Assembly: GCF_902713615.1 (NCBI RefSeq) | Contig: NC_052150.1 | Location: 11,866,000-11,929,999 of the forward strand | Source of the DNA: Scyliorhinus canicula | Taxonomy: Eukaryota | Direction: 5' to 3' | DNA: 64,000 nt | Shown: piece after piece, positions 1 to 12,600 of the stretch | Position numbering within the stretch: position 1 is the first letter of the stretch | Layout of the letters: every line of letters starts with the position of its first letter | Notes under the pieces: model-generated | Told to the model about the DNA's origin: nothing | The model's database searches: none | The model's input: the letters and a program-made list of their open reading frames with translations, nothing else | Made by a program: the position numbers and the translations under genes

Positions 1-384
1 TTAATATACATATAGAACACCTCAGAATTGCCTGTTTTGTCTGCCGGTGTTTCTCATGCCTCCTCTTCACTCTCCTAATTTCTTTCTTTTGTTAAAGTGC
101 CCTCTGCATTTTTTACACTTCACTGAGGCTTCCACGGTTTGAACCCCCAGTACCATAAGCCTCCCTTTTCTTCCCTCATCTAATCCTGTACATTCCTTGA
201 CATCCAAAGTTCTCTAGACGTGTTGGTCCCACCCTTCACCTTTACAGGAATACGTTGGCCCTGTACTCCCTCTATTTCCTTTTGGCACATTCCGGGTGTT
301 GCTGAGTGAACCAACATGAGTAAACTGTAAAGTTGGGTTCTGGTTGTGAGGACATCTAGTGGCTTTTCATATATATGATGTGGA

Positions 385-564
385 GATGCACCGGTATTGG
401 ACTGGGGTGGCACAGTAAGAAGTCTTACAACACCAGGTTAAAGTCCAACAGATTTGTTTTGAATCACTAGTTTTCGGAGCGCAGCTCCTTCCTCAGGTGA
501 ATGATTCATTTTTTCTTTGTAAACCTGTTGGACTTTAACCTGGTGTTGTAAGACTTCTTACTGT
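385..564. mobile_element. Penelope-like terminal-repeat remnant in inverted arrangement, with hammerhead-like core
   Basis: Perfect 40-bp inverted arms at 412-451 and 525-564; minus strand 472-497 reads CTGAGGA-AGGAGC-TGC-GCTCC-GAAA; related copy at 48085-48240. Confidence 0.7.
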
Positions 565-1534
565 TTCATATGTATGGCATCTCCTATACACGTTAAAAAA
601 TATGACTGGCATCTGCTGATACTAATGCGGAGGCACCCTTTTGTCACCTTTCTTCACAGACGTGACATTCTCTCTCACGGCCACACCATACAATGTACTC
701 TGCCACAGCCACTCAAACCTGGTGTTGGCGAGAGCCCTGATCACGACGGGGAATTTGCTATATAAAAAGGGCAAATTATAAAACAACAGAACAATGCAGT
801 TTACGTTATTCATATTGATGGTGGAACAGACGCAAGGGGTTAAATGGATGGTGGTGCATCTGCTGGACCAATTTCACATTGCTGAAACCCTTACATTCAC
901 AGTGCAAGTGAAAAAATAAAGACCATTCACATGTACAGGGCCCAACATCATCCAAACCATCCAGGCTTTTAAACACCCAGAACAAGCTCCCCAAGACTCT
1001 CTCCTCAAATCATGCAAAACAGGCCTTGCTAACACATCAAAGGGAGGGCACAATAACAAAAAGACTACAGCAAAAGGTTCAACTTCCAATCATCTGCAAT
1101 AAATATGCACCTCACATTAAAACCTCATAAGCACACAAAGATCACAACTGAAGGTGAACAAAACGTCTTCCACAAATCACCTACTTTTGTAGAAAAACCC
1201 ACGACAGTACTTGGAGCAAAAACATTTAGAAAACATTTTTTTTTTGTTTTAAAGTGGGAACTTTTGTCAAGTCGCTCCATAAAAGTTGTTTTTAATGCTG
1301 TTTAAATGCATATAGAAACTTTAGCATGAAGATAATAGCTATCACAGAAACAAACCCCTCCGATCATGCAAACAGCAGGAGATCACATGCTTTTTCTTAT
1401 AGGTTTTAAAGAACAAAGAAAAATTACAGCACAGGAACAGGCCCTTCGACCCTCCAAGCCTGTGCCGATCCGGATCCTCTATCTAAAACTGTCGCCTATT
1501 TAAAAAACAGGAGTTTTCCGCAGGTGTATCTTAC

Positions 1535-1658
1535 TTTGCTTAAAGTGATGATGCAAGGTACATTTTCCACGTTGAGACAAATGCAGTCATATGGATCATC
1601 CGAGAGCTCAATTTCCTTGGAACCTTCATCATCTTCGAGTACTCGGACCTTTGGAATT
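1535..1658 (-). CDS. EXOSC7: EXOSC7 coding exon 6
   Basis: (K)IPKVRVLEDDEGSKEIELSDDPYDCICLNVENVPCIITLSK; 124 nt; TTTTCAAG| and |GTAAG; later exons not found in the window. Confidence 0.95.
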
Positions 1659-2120
1659 CTTGAAAAGATGCAGAAAATGAAGTGAAAGTGGTCACGCTGC
1701 ATCTCCTCTTTGCATAAAACAATCTCTTTTCAGTCAACATCTCTGCACCCATGCCAGCTCACTGTAGGAGTCTGGAAACATTGCGATCTACGAGCAGCCA
1801 AACACCAGTCTATTCAATAGACTGTTTATCGAATGCTGTTAATTTATGAGATATCGATGGAATCTAATTCTAATTTAATCTTATAGATCCCTATCGATAT
1901 TAGACATTGTAAATTTATAATCAGCAAGCAGTTGATGTTAAATTACTGTGACATATCTGAATTGTTTTGTAACTTTTTTTATTTTGGCAATTAGCCCTAT
2001 GTGTTATCTATTTGTAGACTTGGTGTTTTTAAATTGAAGGGCAGTGCCAGCTTAAGGAAATTCAACATGCCACATACAGGTACCATTACCTCTCAGACAT
2101 AAAACTGGATGATAAACCAG

Positions 2121-2303
2121 GGGACATGGTAATGTAGTGGTAATGTCACTGGACTAGTAATCCAGAAGACCAGACGGTGACAGGGTTCAAATCCCACTAC
2201 TGCAGCTGGTGGAGTTTAACTTCAATGAATAAATCTGGAATTAGAGGTTAGCCTCAGTAATGGTGACCATGAGACTATCATTGATAGTTTGTCATTCGCA
2301 TTC
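2121..2303 (+). mobile_element. tRNA-derived SINE, 5' part (interrupted by L1, resumes at about 4560-4630)
   Basis: A/B-box-like TGGTAATGTAGTGG and GGTTCAAATCCC; same family as 42685-42997. Confidence 0.7.
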
Positions 2304-2319
2304 CCCAGCAATGACTTTT

Positions 2320-4559
2320 TTTTTTAAGCAAACAATTTTATTGAGGTATTTTTCGGCATTGTAAACAGTTACAGATAACAAAAATATGCAAACATCAACG
2401 TAAAACTAATACTTCAATCAAACCATACTGCACATGCCCGCTCCTCTTCCATAGACACTACCCATCTATTTATCCCTCCTACTCTACTCTAATCTCTCCC
2501 CCCCCCCCCCCCCCTCCTTTCCTTCCCCCCCCCCGCTGACGTTCACTCTCCCGCGAAGAAGTCGATGAATGGTTGCCACCTTCGGGCGAACCCCAGTACA
2601 GATACCCTCAAGGCGAACTTAATTTTTTCCATACCCAGAAAACTTGACATGTCCGAAAGCCATTGTTCGGTCTTCGGGGGTTTTGAGTCCCTCCATGCCA
2701 GCAGTATTTGCTGCCGGGCTATTAGGGAAGCAAAGACCAGAACACCGGCCTCTTTCTCCCCCTGGAAACCCCGAAAATTGCCACCCCTGGACTCATCGCC
2801 ACCCTTGTTTTTAGCACCCCGGACATGATCCCCGCAAATCCCTCCCAGTACCCCCTAAGCTTAGGACATGCCCAAAACATGTGAACGTGGTTCGCTGGTC
2901 CTCCCGCACATCTAGCGCACTTGTCCTCTACCCCAAAGAATTTGCTCATCCCAGCTACCGTCATGTGGGCCCGTTGAACGACCTTAAATTGAATCAGGCC
3001 GAGCCTGGCACATGTTGCGGTTGAGTTTACCCTACTCAGGGCTTCTGCCCACAGCCCGTCCTCCATCTCCCCGCCAAGCTCCGCCTCCCATTTGAGTTTC
3101 AGTTCCTCCGTCTGGGACTCTTCCCCCTTCATGAGCACCTTGTAAATATCCGAGACTCTACCCTCTCCTCCTTCTCCCCTAGAGACTATTCTGTCCTGGA
3201 TCCCTATTGGCGGGAGGCGTGGGTAGGATGGCACCTGTCTGCGGACAAAGTCCCGCATCTGTAAGTACCTAAAGTCATTTCCCCATACAAGCCCAAATTT
3301 CTCCTCCAAGCCCCTCAAACTCGCAAAGCTCCCCTCCAGGAACATATCGCCCACCCTCATCTCCGCCCGCCGCCATGTTGGAAACCCTCCATCCATGTTC
3401 CCGGGGGTAAATCGATGGTTATCACATATTGGAGCCCAGACAGGCGCACCCACCTCCCCTACATGCCTCCTCCACTGGCCCCATATCCGCAGGGCCGCCC
3501 CCACCACCGGGCTGGTGGAGTACCTGGCCAGCGACAGCGGTAGGGGAGCCGTGACCAGGGCTGCCAAACTCGTGCCCCTGCACGAAGCCGCCTCCACCCG
3601 CTCCCAAATAAACCCCGTACCCACCATCCACTTCCTTATCCTGGCTATGTTAGCTGCCCAGTAATAGTTTTTTTTTAATAAACAATTTTATTGAGGTAGT
3701 TTTTGGCTTTATAAACAGTTACAGACATCATCAGAAAGAAAGCAAAAAAGGCAAAAATGTGCAAACATCCACGTACTTTCAATACTTCCATCATAACATA
3801 TTGCACAAGCCCGTCCCCCTCCCACCGGTACTACCCACCATATTTTCCCTCCTACTCTACTCTACCCCCCCCCCGCCCTTCCTACTGACGCTCACTCTCC
3901 CGCAAATAAGTCAATGAATGGTTGCCACCTCCGGGCGAACCCCTGCACAGATCCCCTCAAGGCGAACTTAATTTTTTCCATCCCCAGGAAACTCGACATG
4001 TCCGCAAGCCACCACTCAGTCTTCGGGGGCTTTGAGTCCCTCCACGCCAATAATATTCGTTGCCGGGCTATCAGGGAAGCAAAGGCCAAACATCGGCCTC
4101 TTTCTCCCCCTGGACTGCCCAGTAATAGTTGATCAGACTCAGCAATGCCAGCCCTCCCTCGCTGCAGCTCCTCTCAAGCATCGCCTTCTTCACCCGCGGG
4201 GATTTTCCCGCCCAGACAAAGCTCATGATGATTTTGCCAGTCCTTTTGAAGAAGGACCATGGGATAAAGATCGGGAGGAACTGTAAGATGAACAGGAATC
4301 TAGGGAGCATTGTCATTTTTCCAGTCTGCACCATCTCCCCGCCAGCGACAGCGGGAGTGCATCTTCATCTCCGAAACTCCCTCTTCATTTGTTCCACCAC
4401 TCTAGTCAAATTTAACTTGTGCAACCTGCCCCAGTCTCGTGCCACCTCTATCTCCAAGTACCGGAAACCTTCCTCAACCAGCCTAAATGGCAGCTCCTTC
4501 AGTCTATTCTCCTGGCCCCTTGCCTGCACCACAAACATCGCACTCTTGGCCATATTTAA
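2320..4559 (-). mobile_element. 5'-truncated L1-clade LINE (ORF2 C-terminal part and 3'UTR)
   Basis: KMTMLPRFLF, GGLAL..L..YYWA, CARC..ANHVHMFWAC; poly(A) tail; 16-bp TSD CCCAGCAATGACTTTT at 2304-2319 and 4560-4575. Confidence 0.92.
3670..4114 (-). mobile_element. Short L1 3' end nested inside the L1 above
   Basis: ORF2 end AFASLIARQRILLAW...RRWQPFIDLF, AATAAA and poly(A); 16-bp TSD CTGCCCAGTAATAGTT at 3654-3669 and 4115-4130. Confidence 0.92.
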
Positions 4560-4809
4560 CCCAGCAATGACTTTTAAGTGCCCTCGGAAATGACCTAGTG
4601 ACCGGAGATGGACACCAGTGATCCCATGGAAGAATTTTTAAAAACTCAGCATGGGTTAAGGATTGGTATAGTACCCTTAATAAAAAGGTCTTCCCTTGAT
4701 AAAGGGAAGTGCTGGTAAAGGGCGGCACAGTGGCACAGTTTTAGCACTGCTGCCTCACAGCACCAGGGACCCGGGTTCAATTCCAGCCTTGGTCTGTGTG
4801 GGGGTTGCA

Positions 4810-5350
4810 TGCTGTATAGTTGAATTTAAAATACAGATGGTTAAAATCGAATACCAGTGTCTTGTGCTCAAACAAAGGAGACTACAATGTGATGAGGGAG
4901 GAGTTGGTGAAGGTAGACTGGGAGCAAAGACTTTGTGGTGGGACAATTGAGGAAAAGGGGAGGACTTTCAAAGCAAGTTTTCACAGTGCTCAGTAAAAGT
5001 ATATACCAGTGAAAAGAAGGACTGTAGGAAAGGGGATAATTGGCCATGGATATCTAAGGAAATAAAGGAGGGTATCAAATTGAAAGAAAATGCATCCAAA
5101 GTGGCAAGGGTTAGTGGGAGACTAGAGGATTGGGAAATCTTTAAACGTCATCAGAAAGCCACGAAAAACATAAAGAAAGGTTATGAATTAGCTCAGAATA
5201 TAAAAACAGATAGCAAAAGTTTCTACAAGTATATAAAATGAAAGGGTGGCTAAGATAAACATTGGTGCTTTAGAGTATGAAAATGGGGTATTTAATAATG
5301 GAAAATGAGGAAATGGCTGAGGCATTGAACAGGTATTTTGTGTCGGTCTT
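4810..5350 (+). mobile_element. CR1 LINE ORF2 internal fragment (degenerate)
   Basis: Similar to the inter-domain part of the CR1 at 49.6-50.15 kb (VDWE, PW, K.FY.Y, EMAE.LN.YF); multiple stops. Confidence 0.75.
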
Positions 5351-5357
5351 AGTGTGT

Positions 5358-5581
5358 CAGGTTTAGCTCAGTTGGCTGGACAGCTGGTTCGTGATCCAAA
5401 GCAAGGCCAGCAGCGTGGTTTCAATTCCCATACCAGCTAAGGTTATTCATGAAGGCCCCGCCTTCCCAATCTTGCCCCTCGCCCGAGATGTGATGATCCT
5501 CAGGTTAAATCACCACCAGTCAGCTCTCCCCCTCAAAGGGGAAAGCAGCCGATGATCATCTGGGACTATGGCGACTTTACT
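5358..5581 (+). mobile_element. tRNA-derived SINE
   Basis: Head GGTTTAGCTCAGTTGG...TTCAATTCC shared with 61067-61236, different body. Confidence 0.65.
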
Positions 5582-5686
5582 GTGTTTAATATCTGGGATT
5601 GCAAAGTGCAGAATGTTACTTCAGCTTATAAGGATGTCAAATGGCTTTTGGCAACATCTCTAAGACACCTGAAACCAATTTCTTAC

Positions 5687-5757
5687 TTAGTATTATGAAG
5701 TGCTGCTTTAACTGCAATGGAGATTGCATCGAATAGATTCCCACCACACTCCAACAA
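5687..5757 (-). CDS. EXOSC7: EXOSC7 coding exon 5
   Basis: LLECGGNLFDAISIAVKAALHNT(K); 71 nt; TTTTTCAG| and |GTAAG; phase 0/2. Confidence 0.96.
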
Positions 5758-5861
5758 CTGAAAAACAGACAACACAAAGTTAACAGTTGTATGTTACAAT
5801 CTATTCAGTTTAAAATGCGGATCTGGGGGAGCCATGCAAGTTATCAAGTTGTAGAGATGAA

Positions 5862-6089
5862 GGGCGACACGGTGGCGCAGTGGTAGCACTGCCACCTCAA
5901 GTTGCCGAGGTCCCGGGTTTGATCCCGGCTCTGGGTCACTGTCCATGTGGAGTTTGCACATTCTCCCCGTGTCTGCGCGAGTCTCACCCCCACAACCCAA
6001 AGATGTGCAGGCTAGGTGGATTGACCACTCTAAATTGCCCCTAAATTGGAAAACATTAATTGGGTACTCTGAATTTATATTTAAAAAAA
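5862..6089 (+). mobile_element. V-SINE, short poly(A) form
   Basis: tRNA head with A/B boxes, V-domain core GTGGAGTTTGCACATTCTCCCCGTGTCTGCG, A-rich tail. Confidence 0.85.
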
Positions 6090-6611
6090 TGAGGCACAAG
6101 GTGGAAAATAAATCTTTCTTAAGATGTTGGTATATTCTCCGTTATGGGGAAACCCATGAACAGCATGCAAAACGTTAATGTACTACACAAACGACCCAAA
6201 GAGCAGGGCAGAGTAAAGGTGACGAAAACTGCACACATCACAACTGTAGCTGTCAATGAGTAAAGTTGGATGACCAGGAATGCTCACTTAAAACTACTTG
6301 TACAACTGAACTTGTTATTTATAACAGTCAAGGCAAACCAATGAAAATTATTCGCATACAAACTATTGTCCACTTTGTCAATGCTCTGTAACCCATTACT
6401 GAAATAAAGACTGCCGTTTCAAATAAATTTATTGAAGCACTTTAAAATGGACAATCAAACAAAAAGATACAGGTAGCAATTGTAAAGTTTGTGACAAAAT
6501 GGCTGATCTCCAAATTATTTTGCTATAAAAGGAGGAACTATGCTCCTGAACCATTTTAATAAAAATTGCGAGACTTGCGTAGTTTTGGATCCAGGACAGC
6601 ACGTCCATTTG

Positions 6612-9600
6612 CCACCACTGGGTCGTAGTGCACACACTCACCACCCCTGGGTCCAGGTTCACACACTCACCACCCCTGGGTCCAGGTTCACACACTCACC
6701 ACCACTGGGTCCTGGTGCACACACTCACCACCACTGGGTCCAGGTTCACACACTCACCGCCACTGGGTCCTAGTGCACACACACACCACCACTGGGTCCA
6801 GGTTCACACACTCACCACCACTGGGTCCTGGTGCACACACTCACCACCACTGGGTCCAGGTTCACACACTCACCACCCCTGGGTCCAGGTTCACACACAC
6901 ACTGCCACTGGGTCCAGGTTCACACACTCACCGCCACTGGGTCCAGGTTCACACACTCACCGCCACTGGGTCCTAGTGCACACACTCACCACCACTGGGT
7001 CCAGGTTCACACACTCACCGCCACTGGGTCCAGGTTCACACACTCACTGCCACTGGGTCCTAGTGCACACACTCACCACCACTGGGTCCAGGTTCACACA
7101 CTCACCATCACTGGGTCCAGGTTCACACACTCCCCGCCACTGGGTCCAGGTTCACACACTCACTGCCCCTGGGTCCAGGTTCACACACTCACTGCCACTG
7201 GGTCCAGGTTCACACACTCACTGCCACTGGCTCCAGGTTCACACACTCACTGCCACTGGGTCCAGGTTCACACACTCACTGCCCCTGGGTCCAGGTTCAC
7301 ACACTCACTGCCACTGGGTCCAGGTTCACACACTCACTGCCACTGGCTCCAGGTTCACACACACACCACCCCTGGGTCCAGGTTCACACACTCACCGCCA
7401 CTGGATCCAGGTTCACACACTCACTATCACTGGGTCCAGGTGCACACACTCACCACCCCTGGGTCCTGGTGCACACACTCACTGCCACTAGGTCCAGGTT
7501 CACACACTCACTGCCACTGGGTCCAGGTTCACACTCTCACTGCCCCTGGGTCCAGGTTCACACACTCACCGCCACTGGGTCCTGGTGCACACACTCACTG
7601 CCACTGGGTCCTGGTGCACACGCTCACTGCCACTGGGTCCAGGTTCACACGCTCACTGCCACTGGGTCCTGGTTCACACACTCACCGCCACTGGGTCCAG
7701 GTTCACACACTCACCGCCACTGGGTCCTGGTGCACACACTCACTGCCACTGGGTCCTGGTGCACACACTCACTGCCACTAGGTCCTGGTGCACACGCTCA
7801 CTGCCACTGGGTCCAGGTTCACACACTCACCGCCACTGGGTCCAGGTTCACACACTCACCACCCCTGGGTCCAGGTTCACACACTCACCACCCCTGGGTC
7901 CAGGTTCACACACTCACCACCCCTGGGTCCTGGTGCACACACTCACTGCCACTGGGTCCTGGTGCACACGCTCACTGCCACTGGGTCCAGGTTCACACAC
8001 TCACCACCCCTGGGTCCAGGTTCACACACTCACCACCCCTGGGTCCAGGTTCACACACTCACTGCCACTGGGTCCAGGTTCACACACTCACTGCCCCTGG
8101 GTCCTGGTGCACTCTCACTTCCCCTGGGTCCTGGTGCACACGCTCACCACCCCTGGGTCCAGGTTCACACACTCACCACCCCTGGGTCCAGGTTCACACA
8201 CTCACCGCCCCTGGGTCCTGGTGCACACGCTCACTGCCACTGGGTCCAGGTTCACACACTCACCACCCCTGGGTCCTGGTGCACACGCTCACTGCCACTG
8301 GGTCCAGGTTCACACACTCACCACCCCTGGGTCCAGGTTCACACACTCACCGCCACTGGGTCCAGGTTCACACACTCACTGCCACTGGGTCCAGGTTCAC
8401 ACACTCATCGCCACTGGGTCCTGGTGCACACTCACTGCCACTGGGTCCTGGTGCACACACTCACTGCCACTGGGTCCAGGTTCACACTCACTGCCACTGG
8501 GTCCTGGTGCACACACTCACTGCCACTGGGTCCTGGTGCACACACTCATCGCCACTGGGTCCAGGTTCACACACTCACTGCCACTGGGTCCTGGTTCACA
8601 CACTCACTGCCACTGGGTCCAGGTTCACACTCACTGCCACTGGGTCCAGGTTCACACACTCACTGCCACTGGGTCCTGGTGCACACACTCACTGCCACTG
8701 GGTCCTGGTGCACACACTCATCGCCACTGGGTCCAGGTTCACACACTCACTGCCACTGGGTCCTGGTGCACACACTCCCCGCCACTGGGTCCAGGTTCAC
8801 ACACTCACTGCCACTGGGTCCAGGTTCACACACTCACTGCCACTGGGTCCAGGTTCACACACTCACTGCCGCTGGGTCCTGGTTCACACACACACTGCCA
8901 CTGGGTCCAGGCTCTCACACTCACTGCCACTGGGTCCAGGCTCTCACACTCACTGCCACTGGGTCCAGGCTCTCACACTCACTGCCACTGGGTCCAGGTT
9001 CACACACTCACTGCCCCTGGGTCCTGGTGCACACACTCACTGCCACTGGGTCCAGGCTCTCACACTCACTGCCACTGGGTCCTGGTTCACACACTCACTG
9101 CCCCTGGGTCCAGGTTCACACACTCACCGCCACTGGGTCCAGGTTCACACACTCACTGCCACTGGGTCCTAGTGCACACACTCACTGCCCCTGGGTCCTG
9201 GTGCACACACTCACTGCCACTGGGTCCTGGTGCACACACTCACCGCCACTGGGTCCAGGTGCACACACTCACCGCCACTGGGTCCAGGCTCTCACACTCA
9301 CCGCCACTGGGTCCACACACTCACCGCCACTGGGTCCTGGTGCACACACTCACCGCCACTGGGTCCACACACTCACCGCCACTGGGTCCAGGTTCACACT
9401 CTCACTGCCCCTGGGTCCAGGTTCACACACTCACCGCCACTGGGTCCTGGTGCACACACTCACTGCCACTGGGTCCAGGTTCACACACTCACTGCCACTG
9501 GGTCCTGGTTCACACACTCACTGCCACTGGGTCCTGGTGCACACACTCACTGCCACTGGGTCCTGGTTCACACACTCACTGCCCCTGGGTCCAGGTTCAC

Positions 9601-12600
9601 ACACTCACCGCCACTGGGTCCTGGTGCACACACTCACTGCCACTGGGTCCAGGTTCACACACTCACTGCCACTGGGTCCTGGTTCACACACTCACTGCCA
9701 CTGGGTCCTGGTGCACACACTCACTGCCACTGGGTCCTGGTTCACACACTCACTGCCACTGGGTCCTGGTTCACACACTCACTGCCACTGGGTCCAGGTT
9801 CACACACTCACTGCCACTGGGTCCAGGTTCACACACACACCGCCACTGGGTCCTGGTGCACACACTCCCCGCCACTGGGTCCAGGTTCACACACTCACTG
9901 CCACTGGGTCCAGGTTCACACACACACCGCCACTGGGTCCAGGTTCACACACTCACTGCCACTGGGTCCTAGTGCACACACTCACTGCCCCTGGGTCCTG
10001 GTGCACACACTCACTGCCACTGGGTCCTGGTGCACACACTCACCGCCACTGGGTCCAGGTGCACACACTCACCGCCACTGGGTCCAGGCTCTCACACTCA
10101 CCGCCACTGGGTCCACACACTCACCGCCACTGGGTCCTGGTGCACACACTCACCGCCACTGGGTCCACACACTCACCGCCACTGGGTCCAGGTTCACACT
10201 CTCACTGCCCCTGGGTCCAGGTTCACACACTCACCGCCACTGGGTCCTGGTGCACACACTCACTGCCACTGGGTCCAGGTTCACACACTCACTGCCACTG
10301 GGTCCTGGTTCACACGCTCACTGCCACTGGGTCCTGGTGCACACACTCCCCGCCACTGGGTCCAGGTTCACACACTCACTGCCACTGGGTCCAGGTTCAC
10401 ACACACACCGCCACTGGGTCCAGGTTCACACACTCACTGCCACTGGGTCCTGGTTCACACACTCACTGCCACTGGGTCCAGGTTCACACACTCACTGCCA
10501 CTGGGTCCTGGTTCACACACTCACTGCCACTGGGTCCTGGTGCACACACTCACTGCCACTGGGTCCAGGTTCACACACTCACTGCCACTGGGTCCTGGTG
10601 CACACACTCACTGCCACTGGGTCCAGGTTCACACACTCACTGCCACTGGGTCCTGGTGCACACTCACTGCCACTGGGTCCTGGTTCACACACTCACTGCC
10701 ACTGGGTCCTGGTGCACACACTCACTGCCACTGGGTCCTGGTGCACACACTCACTGCCACTGGGTCCTGGTGCACACACTCACTGCCACTAGGTCCTGGT
10801 GCACACGCTCACTGCCACTGGGTCCAGGTTCACACACTCACCGCCACTGGGTCCAGGTTCACACACTCACCACCCCTGGGTCCAGGTTCACACACTCACC
10901 ACCCCTGGGTCCAGGTTCACACACTCACCACCCCTGGGTCCTGGTGCACACACTCACTGCCACTGGGTCCTGGTGCACACGCTCACTGCCACTGGGTCCA
11001 GGTTCACACACTCACCACCCCTGGGTCCAGGTTCACACACTCACCACCCCTGGGTCCAGGTTCACACACTCACTGCCACTGGGTCCAGGTTCACACACTC
11101 ACTGCCCCTGGGTCCTGGTGCACTCTCACTTCCCCTGGGTCCTGGTGCACACGCTCACCACCCCTGGGTCCAGGTTCACACACTCACCACCCCTGGGTCC
11201 AGGTTCACACACTCACCGCCCCTGGGTCCTGGTGCACACGCTCACTGCCACTGGGTCCAGGTTCACACACTCACCACCCCTGGGTCCTGGTGCACACGCT
11301 CACTGCCACTGGGTCCAGGTTCACACACTCACCACCCCTGGGTCCAGGTTCACACACTCACCGCCACTGGGTCCAGGTTCACACACTCACTGCCACTGGG
11401 TCCAGGTTCACACACTCATCGCCACTGGGTCCTGGTGCACACTCACTGCCACTGGGTCCTGGTGCACACACTCACTGCCACTGGGTCCAGGTTCACACTC
11501 ACTGCCACTGGGTCCTGGTGCACACACTCACTGCCACTGGGTCCTGGTGCACACACTCATCGCCACTGGGTCCAGGTTCACACACTCACTGCCACTGGGT
11601 CCTGGTTCACACACTCACTGCCACTGGGTCCAGGTTCACACTCACTGCCACTGGGTCCAGGTTCACACACTCACTGCCACTGGGTCCTGGTGCACACACT
11701 CACTGCCACTGGGTCCTGGTGCACACACTCATCGCCACTGGGTCCAGGTTCACACACTCACTGCCACTGGGTCCTGGTGCACACACTCCCCGCCACTGGG
11801 TCCAGGTTCACACACTCACTGCCACTGGGTCCAGGTTCACACACTCACTGCCACTGGGTCCAGGTTCACACACTCACTGCCGCTGGGTCCTGGTTCACAC
11901 ACACACTGCCACTGGGTCCAGGCTCTCACACTCACTGCCACTGGGTCCAGGCTCTCACACTCACTGCCACTGGGTCCAGGCTCTCACACTCACTGCCACT
12001 GGGTCCAGGTTCACACACTCACTGCCCCTGGGTCCTGGTGCACACACTCACTGCCACTGGGTCCAGGCTCTCACACTCACTGCCACTGGGTCCTGGTTCA
12101 CACACTCACTGCCCCTGGGTCCAGGTTCACACACTCACCGCCACTGGGTCCAGGTTCACACACTCACTGCCACTGGGTCCTAGTGCACACACTCACTGCC
12201 CCTGGGTCCTGGTGCACACACTCACTGCCACTGGGTCCTGGTGCACACACTCACCGCCACTGGGTCCAGGTGCACACACTCACCGCCACTGGGTCCAGGC
12301 TCTCACACTCACCGCCACTGGGTCCACACACTCACCGCCACTGGGTCCTGGTGCACACACTCACCGCCACTGGGTCCACACACTCACCGCCACTGGGTCC
12401 AGGTTCACACTCTCACTGCCCCTGGGTCCAGGTTCACACACTCACCGCCACTGGGTCCTGGTGCACACACTCACTGCCACTGGGTCCAGGTTCACACACT
12501 CACTGCCACTGGGTCCTGGTTCACACACTCACTGCCACTGGGTCCTGGTGCACACACTCACTGCCACTGGGTCCTGGTTCACACACTCACTGCCCCTGGG

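Noticed and set aside
806-1100. Possible ancient Deu-domain SINE remnants here and near 31480, 33040 and 41000-41220
   Set aside because: Similarity is faint and by eye only; boundaries cannot be supported without an HMM search
5862-5935. tRNA-like sequences with A/B boxes here and at many other sites
   Set aside because: They are SINE heads fused to V-domains or tails, not complete cloverleaf tRNA genes
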